Below are positions 55,952 through 63,953 of a stretch of DNA of 64,000 nt, in pieces. The DNA is from an uncultured delta proteobacterium (GTDB taxonomy: Bacteria > Desulfobacterota > Syntrophia > Syntrophales > Smithellaceae). The DNA lies in NCBI GenBank assembly GCA_903907985.1, contig CAIVQG010000030.1, forward strand, positions 25,534 to 89,533. Direction: 5' to 3'. The translations under genes were made by a program, and so were the position numbers. The notes beneath the pieces are model-generated. The model was given only the letters and a program-made list of their open reading frames with translations, searched no databases and had not been told where the DNA came from. Positions within the stretch are counted from its first letter, which is position 1, and each line of letters opens with the position of its first letter.

Positions 55952-57136
55952 CTAATCAAAAAGGCCGGTTTTTTCCATCTCGGCAATCTGTTCCTCGTTG
56001 TAACCAAGTTCCTGTAAAACTGTCCTTGTGTCCGCACCGGCGGGGACGCCGATTTTTTTATATTTCGGTTTATAGGTGGAAAATTTGATGGGCAAAGCCG
56101 GCTGTCGAATTTTCCCGCCCTGTGGCAAATCGACGTCGACGACCATTCCCCGCTCTTTGATTTGTTGATTATTCAGAGCTTCCCGCACCGTTAATACCGG
56201 CTCCACACAGACATCAACCCGGCGGAAGATTTCTGTCCACTCATCCCTTGTTTTCCTCAGGAAAATATCCCGGATTTGCTTTTTAACTTCTGCTGAATTT
56301 GCGGGCATTATTCCGGCGGGTGATATTAAATCAGGCCGGCCGATGGTCTCAAAAAATACGGTACTAAACTGTGGTTCCAGGGAGCCGACGCTCATGTGCT
56401 TTCCATCTTTGGTTTCATAATAGCCATACAGAGAACCGCCGTTAAATATTGTGTTTTCATGATCCGGAATCTGGCCGTCGATTAAAGTGGAGGCGGCATA
56501 CACGTTGTTTAAAGCAATCATTCCATCGGTCAGGGAAATATCAATATACTGGCCCTGGCCGGTTTTGTTGCGGCCTATTACTGCCGCCAGTATTCCGATG
56601 ATCGCATTGGTTGTGCCGGATGCTGTATCAGCGATAAATGCACCTGGTGAAATAGGCACTTCGCCTTTGGGACCGGCATAAGACATGATTCCCGAGCGCG
56701 CCAAGTAATTAATGTCGTGTCCGGCCCTCTGGGCTTGCGGCCCCGTCTGGCCATAGCTGGATATGGAGCAATAAATAAGACCGGGATTCACCTGGCAGAG
56801 CGTTTCATAGTCGAGGCCCAGTTTGGCCATCGTGCCCGGCCGGAACTGTTCGATGACAATATCATAATGCATGATCAGTTTTTGCACAATTTTCTGTGCC
56901 CTTGAATCTTTTAAATTCAAATACATACTGCGTTTATTGCGTCCCAGATAAGCGGCCGAGGCGGAAATTTCATTGCCGGGAAGAAAAGGCGGCTGCATAT
57001 TTTTGGCATCGGGTCGCGCCTTGGAGACAATTTTCAGGACTTGGGCGCCCATGTCGGCTAGATGCAGCGTTGCCAGCGGCCCGGGAATGAGGTGGGTAAA
57101 ATCAAGAATTCTTAAACCTGTCAGAGGCACTGTCAT
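55952..57136 (-). CDS. Family III CoA-transferase (CaiB/BaiF family)
   Basis: 394 aa. Segments: LTGLRILDFTHLIPGPLATLHLADMGAQVLKI and the conserved GHDINYLA and GG....Y.T.DG. Confidence 0.85.
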   Translation of the reverse strand: MTVPLTGLRILDFTHLIPGPLATLHLADMGAQVLKIVSKARPDAKNMQPPFLPGNEISASAAYLGRNKRSMYLNLKDSRAQKIVQKLIMHYDIVIEQFRPGTMAKLGLDYETLCQVNPGLIYCSISSYGQTGPQAQRAGHDINYLARSGIMSYAGPKGEVPISPGAFIADTASGTTNAIIGILAAVIGRNKTGQGQYIDISLTDGMIALNNVYAASTLIDGQIPDHENTIFNGGSLYGYYETKDGKHMSVGSLEPQFSTVFFETIGRPDLISPAGIMPANSAEVKKQIRDIFLRKTRDEWTEIFRRVDVCVEPVLTVREALNNQQIKERGMVVDVDLPQGGKIRQPALPIKFSTYKPKYKKIGVPAGADTRTVLQELGYNEEQIAEMEKTGLFD

Positions 57137-57214
57137 CAGTTGAACTCCTTATTTAGCCGGTTGGTCGGTAAACTACCATTTTGCCAGTGAAAAATACAAG
57201 GAAAATGGCATAGC

Positions 57215-57314
57215 GTTATTCGTGAAGCGTATCTCGTAGTTCGTATCTCGTTTTTCCGCTCGCGCCACCTCGTGTGACCTTTAGGTTATCAGGTGGTCAC
57301 GCTTCACGAATAAC
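57215..57314. repeat. Nested palindromic element; contains copy B of the shared CTCGCGCCACC...TTAGGTTATCAGG motif
   Basis: A perfect 16-bp inverted repeat, GTTATTCGTGAAGCGT (57215-57230) / ACGCTTCACGAATAAC (57299-57314), encloses the inner GTGACC/GGTCAC and CCACC/GGTGG pairs. It lies between the M48 stop and the CoA-transferase start. Confidence 0.7.
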
Positions 57315-57317
57315 TCT

Positions 57318-58565
57318 TCACGAGGACCGCTTCACGAGATACGATATACGTTCCAAAAGCGGCGGATGCGAATAATAAAACCAGACATATAAAGGATGCG
57401 GATGCAAATTAGCCAGATTGTCTTTGGCCAGTCTTTTGAGGGCGCTGATCATGTGATCAGGAGTTCCCGTCAATTCCACAGCCATGCGGTCGGCTTCCCG
57501 TTCATAGCGGCGCATTAATGCGCCGCCGACTGGGCTTATGAAGAATCCGCTACAACCAAGATAAAGTGAGACCAGAAAAAGGCCGGCATAAAGCGGCGTT
57601 CCCGTTATACCGAAGGCACGATAGAGAACCGGGGCAGAAGCGACACAATAGACCAAATAAAGCCCTATAAGCGAGGCGGTAATCATCAGGATTAATTGCT
57701 TTAAAATATGTTTCTTTTTCCAGTGGCCGATTTCATGTGCCAGGACGGCTAATATCTCTTCGGCAGTGTGCGATGCCAGCAGTGTGTCGAACAAAACAAT
57801 GCGCTTGGTTTTGCCGATTCCGGTGAAATAGGCATTTGTATGCCGGGAGCGCTTGCCTTCGTCCACCGAATAAATGCCCTGAGCTTTCAGGCCTACTTTT
57901 GCCATTAACGACGCAATTTGCCCTGTCAGCGCTTCATCGGCGATGGGCTCGTATTTGTTGAACAACGGGGCAATGACTACCGGATAAATCCAGAGCATTA
58001 AAATTTGAAACGCCGTAAAAAATACCCAGGCCGCAAACCACCAGCAAGTCGGCAGGTAAACGATAAACGCCATAAAGGCACTTATTAAAATACCCATAAG
58101 AACGATAGAAAGGATTAATGATTTGAGCAGGTCGGTAAGCCACAGCCGCCAGGTAATGGTCGAAAAGCCGTACTTCTTTTCCAGAACAAAAGTTGAATAA
58201 AGATCAAAAGGCAATCCGGTAAGTCCGCCGATGGCGGCCAGCACGCCAAAAAAAATCAGCGCCTGCCCGATAAAGGGTATTTTACAGGCTATGATCAAGG
58301 TGACGAGCAGAGGTAAAAAAAGGAGCACAATGCCTAGTTCCACTAAATCATCAACAAGATTTTCCTTAGCGGCTAAACGGGTATTATCCACCGTGTAGTC
58401 CACCATTTTGGTCAATGTGCCCTCATCGATGACACCCTGAAACACAGGCGGGATCTCCTTGCCGTGTTGAAGTAAGTGGCGAATATTAAGCTGCTGCAAG
58501 GAATAGCGTAAGACGTACCGTCCGGCAAACAAAGCTAAAAAAAATATTATCAGTGTTTTTTCCAT
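57318..58565 (-). CDS. M48 family zinc metallopeptidase (Ste24/HtpX-like)
   Basis: Polytopic. The zinc motif is HEIGHWKKKH, with a distal EREAD. I prefer the start MEKTLIIFF at 58565; the ORF reaches 58613. Confidence 0.8.
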   Translation of the reverse strand: MEKTLIIFFLALFAGRYVLRYSLQQLNIRHLLQHGKEIPPVFQGVIDEGTLTKMVDYTVDNTRLAAKENLVDDLVELGIVLLFLPLLVTLIIACKIPFIGQALIFFGVLAAIGGLTGLPFDLYSTFVLEKKYGFSTITWRLWLTDLLKSLILSIVLMGILISAFMAFIVYLPTCWWFAAWVFFTAFQILMLWIYPVVIAPLFNKYEPIADEALTGQIASLMAKVGLKAQGIYSVDEGKRSRHTNAYFTGIGKTKRIVLFDTLLASHTAEEILAVLAHEIGHWKKKHILKQLILMITASLIGLYLVYCVASAPVLYRAFGITGTPLYAGLFLVSLYLGCSGFFISPVGGALMRRYEREADRMAVELTGTPDHMISALKRLAKDNLANLHPHPLYVWFYYSHPPLLERISYLVKRSS

Positions 58566-58615
58566 ACAGTTGCCGTTACCTCGGTTGTCAGTCTCCTGAC
58601 ATACATTTTGCAATC

Positions 58616-59335
58616 CTAACCTTTAGAACACGATTGTGCAATATTTAAAAGTACTGCACTAAGCGGTGCGTAACATTCCGGATGCGGCTGGGAAAAGTCG
58701 TCGATTCTTCCTACGATTCCGGCTACTTTTATGCCCGATATTTTTTCAATGGCGGTGCTGTTTTCTTCGATCATTTTCCGGGGTGTTGCCTCCCTTCCGC
58801 CATCGAGCAGGATAATTCCCGCAGGTGTTATATCCCGGTGACGCAGCGCCTCGATGGTCAAAAGCGTATGATTGATTGTCCCCAGGCCCGCCCTCGCGGC
58901 GATAAGCGGTGTTGCCCCTGTCATCTTTATCAGGTCGATGAGCATTAACTTTTCGGTTACCGGAACGAAGAGTCCCCCCGCGCCTTCGATGATCAACGGC
59001 GAATCAACGGTGCTTTTAGCGTCTATCTCCTCCATGATTTTCGCCCAATCAATTTCCACGCCCTCGTCTTGTGCGGCAAACAGGGGCGCCTTCGCGTTTT
59101 TCAGGCAGTAAACAACGGAATTGCCGGGGTCTTGTCCGTGCAGAGCCGGCACATGTTGATAAATAAACCGGGCGTCACTGTAGGGATCGCAGGCAGTTAA
59201 GCATCCTGTCTGTACCGGTTTCAGGTAGAAGGGAGTAAAACCACTGTTGTAGAAATATTGCATGCATAGCAATGACAGTACCGTTTTCCCGACGCCGGTG
59301 TCGGTTCCCGTGATAAATAATTTGAGAGATTTCAT
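58616..59335 (-). CDS. bioD: Dethiobiotin synthase
   Basis: 239 aa. Motifs: FITGTDTGVGKT and EGAGG. It overlaps the bioF stop (ATGA). Confidence 0.85.
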   Translation of the reverse strand: MKSLKLFITGTDTGVGKTVLSLLCMQYFYNSGFTPFYLKPVQTGCLTACDPYSDARFIYQHVPALHGQDPGNSVVYCLKNAKAPLFAAQDEGVEIDWAKIMEEIDAKSTVDSPLIIEGAGGLFVPVTEKLMLIDLIKMTGATPLIAARAGLGTINHTLLTIEALRHRDITPAGIILLDGGREATPRKMIEENSTAIEKISGIKVAGIVGRIDDFSQPHPECYAPLSAVLLNIAQSCSKG

Positions 59336-60471
59336 ATTATTGCTGCCTTTTTAAATTTTTCAATGAAATGGGTTACATCGTTTTTAGTATGCAGGGCGGT
59401 CATGCTGATGCGGAGAATAGCCTTGCCGAGGGGTACAGTCGGGTAACGGGCCGGCAAAACGAAAATATCCTCTGCAAGGAGTTTTGCGGATATATCGCCG
59501 GCGCGTTTTTCATCGCCTATGGTCAGGGCGATAATATGAGCGTCTCCGGATGCCGCAACTCCGGCCTCTTGCAGACCCTGACGCATCAGAGAGCTAACTT
59601 GAAGAAGATTTTTCCTTTCGTCGTCGCACTGTTCGATTATCTCCAGGATATGCAGCGCCGAAGCCGCATGTGCCTCGGGCAGAGTAGTTGTATAGATCAG
59701 CGGCGAGCAAAAATTAAAAAGATATTCCTTCAAAGTTGAGGATAGCAGGACAAAGGCCCCGAAAAGACCGAAAGCCTTGCCCAGGGTTCCCAAGGCGATG
59801 TCGGCTGCCGTGCGACCCAGACCACGCCCTTTGTTTCCCAGAGCACCAAAGGCATGCGCCTCGTCAATAATACTTAAAAATCCGAATTCTTCCTTGAGTC
59901 TGCAAAAACCGTCGATATCCAGCAAATCTCCGTCCATGCTGAAAAGTGATTCGGTCAGGACCGCTGTCCTGCCCGGGTTGCTTTTTTCGAGTCTTTTGCG
60001 CAAATGGGACAGGGAATTATGATTATAACCCGCAAAGTCCGCACCGCTTGAGACCATTCCTTTGACGGAGCTGGCATGGATGTGTTTGTCGAAAATAATG
60101 GTATCGCCTTTTTCCAGCAATGTGGAAATCAGGCCGAGATTAGCCTGATAGCCGCTCGGGAAAAAAAGAGCGTCTTCGTAACCGAAAAAAGCGGCATAGG
60201 CTCGTTCCGCCTCATTTATTAACCGGTAATTACCGGCCACAAGGCGCGAAGATGATGAAGATGTGCCATGGCTTCGGAAATTATCCGCGACCAGTAGTTG
60301 CAGCCGGGCCGAGGCGCCAAGCCCCAGGTAATCGTTGGAGGAGAAGTTCAATACTTTGCGGTTGCCGCAAAAAAGAAACTTACCCTTTTTCCGTTCTATT
60401 TCCAGCGGGGTGCGATAAAGTCCGGCCTGTTTCTGGCTTAAAAGTCTCTCGCGGTATCTGTTTGTAAACAT
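59332..60471 (-). CDS. bioF: 8-amino-7-oxononanoate synthase
   Basis: 379 aa. Motifs: AGLYR, NFSSNDYLGLG, DEAHAFG and the PLP lysine in GTLGKAFG. Confidence 0.85.
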   Translation of the reverse strand: MFTNRYRERLLSQKQAGLYRTPLEIERKKGKFLFCGNRKVLNFSSNDYLGLGASARLQLLVADNFRSHGTSSSSSRLVAGNYRLINEAERAYAAFFGYEDALFFPSGYQANLGLISTLLEKGDTIIFDKHIHASSVKGMVSSGADFAGYNHNSLSHLRKRLEKSNPGRTAVLTESLFSMDGDLLDIDGFCRLKEEFGFLSIIDEAHAFGALGNKGRGLGRTAADIALGTLGKAFGLFGAFVLLSSTLKEYLFNFCSPLIYTTTLPEAHAASALHILEIIEQCDDERKNLLQVSSLMRQGLQEAGVAASGDAHIIALTIGDEKRAGDISAKLLAEDIFVLPARYPTVPLGKAILRISMTALHTKNDVTHFIEKFKKAAII

Positions 60472-60905
60472 GCAAAAATCCTCTGGTAATGCTGCTGTAA
60501 AATTTCCCTGGAAAAGTTCGCATCATAATCCGCCAGGGCAAATAAAAATATTCCTTCCATAATGACTGTGTCGGAGGCAAAGGCTTGCAACCGGTGAGAA
60601 AACACTGAGGAGCTTTGCGACTGCAACTGACCTGCGAAAGTGTAGTTGCCGGGCGGCAACGGCCCGGGAGGTAATGAGCAGGTCTTGATCTTCAGTAGAA
60701 AGGCGTGTTTCGCGAAGTCTGTAAGATGGCGGACATGGGAAGCTCCCAACTGCGCCAGACTTTCCATGAGCAGGGTCGCCGACGGGGCGGCAAAATGTTT
60801 ATGCCCCGCAATGCTTTGGGCGGAAACTTCTGTGAGCCGGTCGAGCAGGACGAAGCCGACAAGCCCGGTATGAATGTTTATCTGAATTTCTTTATTCATC
60901 GACAT
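60438..60905 (-). CDS. Hotdog-fold protein, FabZ/FabA-like dehydratase candidate
   Basis: The segment GFVLLDRLTEV...GHKHF...ATLLMESLAQLG resembles the FabZ core (FLLVDRV...PG.L..EA.AQ). The start MSMNKE overlaps the KS stop (ATGTCGATGAATAA). The 3' end overlaps bioF by 34 nt. Confidence 0.55.
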   Translation of the reverse strand: MSMNKEIQINIHTGLVGFVLLDRLTEVSAQSIAGHKHFAAPSATLLMESLAQLGASHVRHLTDFAKHAFLLKIKTCSLPPGPLPPGNYTFAGQLQSQSSSVFSHRLQAFASDTVIMEGIFLFALADYDANFSREILQQHYQRIFACLQTDTARDF

Positions 60906-62127
60906 TCCCGCTTTTAACGACCAGGGCGCAGTTTTGTCCGCCAAAACCGAAGTTTTCCAAAAGCAGTGTCCGGGCCGCAGAACTTATTCCTTCCCGGACA
61001 AAGTTAATTCCCTTGTGGCAAGGCTTTTGGAGATTGCGAATGGCGGGAAGGATGTTGCCATGAAGACAGGTCAGGGCGACGGCTAGCTCCACCGCCCCGC
61101 AGGTGGCGGCAAGATGACCGAGCCATGATTTCAAGGCCAGAACGAAGGGTCTGTTGCTGCAGTGTGTGTCCCGGTAAAAAATGCGCTCAATCATGGCGGC
61201 TTCCATTACATCGTTGAGCAAGGTTCCTGTGCCGTGGGCGGAGATGACGTCGATTGCGGAGGGATCGAGCGCGGCTTCTTCCAGAGCGCGGCGGATGGCC
61301 TCTTCTTCATAAAGGCTTGACGGATCGGGAGCAGTCAGCGAATCCCCGCCGATAGAACTGCCGAAGCCGCAAATCTCACCATAAATCCGAGCGCCGCGGC
61401 GACGGGCGTGTTCCAGTTCTTCTAAGAGGAAAAAAGCGCCTCCCTCGCCGGGAACAAAGCCGTCGCGGTCTGCGTCAAAAGGACGGCTGGCGGCTGCGGG
61501 ATTGCCAGTCCGCCGGGAAATGGCTTTGGCCTTGCCGTACGCTAAGATGCCTCCGGAATGCAGGCGCGAATCGCCTCCTCCGGCCAGAGCAACATCCAGG
61601 TAGCCGTCTTTTATCTTGCGGAAGGCTTCGCCGATGGCCTGCGTTGACGCGGCGCAGGCGGCACCTGTTGTCAAATTCTCGCCGTGAATGCCTGTGCGCC
61701 CGGCAATGACTGCGGCGGCGGTATTGGGCAGGAAGCGGAGCATCCACAAGGCCATCAGGTCAGGTCTGTCCATTGCACCGTTGATGATTTCGGGAAACTC
61801 CGAGGTGATATCGAGATTCGGGCCGGCGCCAACGAAAATCCCGGCCTTGTTCAGTTCGCCTGTGGAGCATCCCGCATCTTTAATTGCCGCAAGCGCGGCG
61901 GCCACGCTGAACCCGGCGCCCCGGTTGAGGTAACGCCTCTCTTTGCAAGGTCCCGTGTAATTTCTGATATCAAAATCACGGACCGGACAGACAAAGGTGG
62001 TTTCATCCACCGGCGACCTGGTAAACGCCGTCTTGTTCTGCCGAATGCTGGCAATAACCTCGGAGGGACTAGTTCCCAAAGAAGAAATAATGCTATAGGA
62101 AGTGATTACTACTCTTCGGGCCATCAT
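60892..62127 (-). CDS. Beta-ketoacyl-ACP synthase, FabF/FabB type (Cys-His-His)
   Basis: 411 aa. The active-site Cys lies in TTGAACAAST and the two His in SAHGTGT and LGHLAATCG. The C-terminal segment is FGFGGQN. Confidence 0.85.
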   Translation of the reverse strand: MMARRVVITSYSIISSLGTSPSEVIASIRQNKTAFTRSPVDETTFVCPVRDFDIRNYTGPCKERRYLNRGAGFSVAAALAAIKDAGCSTGELNKAGIFVGAGPNLDITSEFPEIINGAMDRPDLMALWMLRFLPNTAAAVIAGRTGIHGENLTTGAACAASTQAIGEAFRKIKDGYLDVALAGGGDSRLHSGGILAYGKAKAISRRTGNPAAASRPFDADRDGFVPGEGGAFFLLEELEHARRRGARIYGEICGFGSSIGGDSLTAPDPSSLYEEEAIRRALEEAALDPSAIDVISAHGTGTLLNDVMEAAMIERIFYRDTHCSNRPFVLALKSWLGHLAATCGAVELAVALTCLHGNILPAIRNLQKPCHKGINFVREGISSAARTLLLENFGFGGQNCALVVKSGNVDE

Positions 62128-62759
62128 CAGATCCTGCGATAAATATAGTCAAGCGGGTTGCGCGGCGGCGGGGGCGGGTCTTCGTCCGCAAAGCCGACAG
62201 CAACCAAACATTTTACAGCGATTTCCTTTGCTCCGGTAATCTTATCCATAGTTTTGATAAAAGCCAACGGCGCCGTCAGGATACATGTCCCCAGGCCCAG
62301 TTCCTGCGCTTGCAGCATAAATCCCTGGAGGCTAAGCCCCAGTGTGATGTCGCCGTCCGCATCGTCTCTTTTTTGTGGAGTCTTTATTCCCGACTGCCGC
62401 AGCTCATGGGCAAAACCTCCTTCCGGTTTAACTGTCCCGACTGCAAAAAGAACGGGTGCCTGCAACATGAAGGCCGAATAGCGCCAGTAGGCGTTAATCC
62501 AGTTACGCAAATGTTTGGGACGGTTGCAGACGGCAGCTTTTGTTAAAAGCAGTTCTTTCCCCTCGAGCATGGCCATTTGAAGATTTTGGCGGCTGGCCGC
62601 CGATTCGAGGCGAATAAACCTAACCGGCTGCGTGTTGCGCGGCGATGGCGACCACGCTGCCGCCTCAATCAGACTTTCGATCCAGGCTTCCGGGGGAGGA
62701 GTTTCCTTGTATTTGCGAATACTGCGCCGCTGCCTCAATAAAGTGTTTAAATCAATCAT
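62127..62759 (-). CDS. Nitroreductase-family flavoprotein
   Basis: LLRQRRSIRKYKE...AAAWSPSPRNTQP is the classic nitroreductase N-terminus. The start MIDLNT at 62759 overlaps the ACP stop (ATGATTGA). Its stop overlaps the KS start (TGATG). Confidence 0.75.
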   Translation of the reverse strand: MIDLNTLLRQRRSIRKYKETPPPEAWIESLIEAAAWSPSPRNTQPVRFIRLESAASRQNLQMAMLEGKELLLTKAAVCNRPKHLRNWINAYWRYSAFMLQAPVLFAVGTVKPEGGFAHELRQSGIKTPQKRDDADGDITLGLSLQGFMLQAQELGLGTCILTAPLAFIKTMDKITGAKEIAVKCLVAVGFADEDPPPPPRNPLDYIYRRI

Positions 62760-63132
62760 TGTCTTTATTTTTCGTCTGCCATTCGATGTAGCTTTGAACA
62801 TCTTTCACCTTGAGCACCGGCCCGCCTTCTATATCCGCCAGAATTTCTTCAATCCTGGCTGTGGTCAGGGCGGGATAGCTTTCCGCTAAGTATTTCGCGG
62901 GATCAAAGCCTTCATCTTTGGCCTTTTGCAGATGGAGTCTTAGCGCCTTTACGAAAATTTCATCGTCTTTGACTTCAATATGAAAGTGGGCATTTATTGC
63001 TACGGCAAGCTCCAGCAAGTCGATGGATTCCGTACCCAATTCCCGGACCAGATAAGTTTCCGGTGTTATTTCCTGTCCTTCAATATCCAAAATTTCGGTG
63101 AGTATTTTTTTTATTTCGTCCAGTGTATCCAT
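62752..63132 (-). CDS. Acyl carrier protein-like (phosphopantetheine-binding) with a roughly 45-aa C-terminal extension
   Basis: 126 aa. LVRELGTESIDLLELAVAINAHF matches the ACP helix II context (DSL-type Ser at residue 36). Confidence 0.7.
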   Translation of the reverse strand: MDTLDEIKKILTEILDIEGQEITPETYLVRELGTESIDLLELAVAINAHFHIEVKDDEIFVKALRLHLQKAKDEGFDPAKYLAESYPALTTARIEEILADIEGGPVLKVKDVQSYIEWQTKNKDND

Positions 63133-63209
63133 TTCACTGCTCCGGTAATTAACAATTTATACCAACTTATTTTTTTGCGTGTCCCCCGCCGGCGGAGGAG
63201 ATGACACAT

Positions 63210-63953
63210 TTATTTGCCGGTGGTCAGGCCGCCGTCCATGTTTAATTCTGTGGCGTTGAAGCCTGCCGCACTTGTCGAAAGAAGAAACAAGATAGTTTCC
63301 GCAACATCCCCGGTCGTCAGGAATTTACCGCCGGGGACCAAACGCAAAGCTTCTCCGCCGTGATTATCCAGATAAGTTTTTCCCCGACCGACCTGGATAT
63401 AGCCGGGCCGTAGCATTACTGTCGTGATGCCTTTCCCCCCCAGCTCGATGCCGAGATTGCGATAAAGAGCTTCAGAAGCCAGTTTGGCGGCGGCGTAGAA
63501 ACCCTGGCCAGGGTTGGGTTTGGCGGCAGCGGCGGAAGAAATAAAAACGAACCGTCCATATTTGCGCCGAACCATAATGCGGGCAACTTTTTTGAGCAGT
63601 TCCGCCCGGAAGGAGACGTTATTGGTGAAATACTGATAAACCTGTGCTTCATCGGCGGCAGCTATGAGACTTTCGAAGTCTTCCTGAGCAAAATCAACAC
63701 AAAAATCAATTTCCTCGCCTGTTTGGGCAAGGAATGCGGCCAGCGAATCACGCTCGCCAAAGTTCAGATAGCAAGCCTCATACTTTCCCCTTTGGTTGGA
63801 CAGGGCGGCGTCAATTTTTCCCCGGCCCAAAGCATTGCGGAAGGTCAAAACCGGATACAATTGTGCCTCGATCAGGGCTGTGGCCAGTGACAGTGCCAAA
63901 TCGCAACTGCCACCCAAAATCAGGGCTTTTTTGCCATTAAAATGCAGAGTCAT
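63210..63953 (-). CDS. SDR family oxidoreductase (ketoacyl reductase candidate) with an atypical dinucleotide motif
   Basis: 247 aa. It has the catalytic SSAAA...YAAAKLA (S...YxxxK). The N-terminal glycine motif is degenerate (ILGGSCDLAL). Confidence 0.7.
   Translation of the reverse strand: MTLHFNGKKALILGGSCDLALSLATALIEAQLYPVLTFRNALGRGKIDAALSNQRGKYEACYLNFGERDSLAAFLAQTGEEIDFCVDFAQEDFESLIAAADEAQVYQYFTNNVSFRAELLKKVARIMVRRKYGRFVFISSAAAAKPNPGQGFYAAAKLASEALYRNLGIELGGKGITTVMLRPGYIQVGRGKTYLDNHGGEALRLVPGGKFLTTGDVAETILFLLSTSAAGFNATELNMDGGLTTGK

Noticed and set aside
57172-57186. A sigma-54-like TGGCAAAATGGTAGT on the minus strand upstream of the CoA-transferase.
   Set aside because: The GG at -24 is present, but the -12 position reads TAGT instead of TTGC, so there is no GC dinucleotide at the right spacing. 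That is not good enough to call.
63182-63199. A GC-rich near-palindrome, TCCCCCGCCGGCGGAGGA, in the SDR/ACP spacer of the bio-linked cassette.
   Set aside because: I considered it as an internal terminator, but on the transcribed (minus) strand it is followed by an A-run, not a U-run, and the genes on both sides look like one functional unit. At most it is an mRNA stability or processing hairpin.
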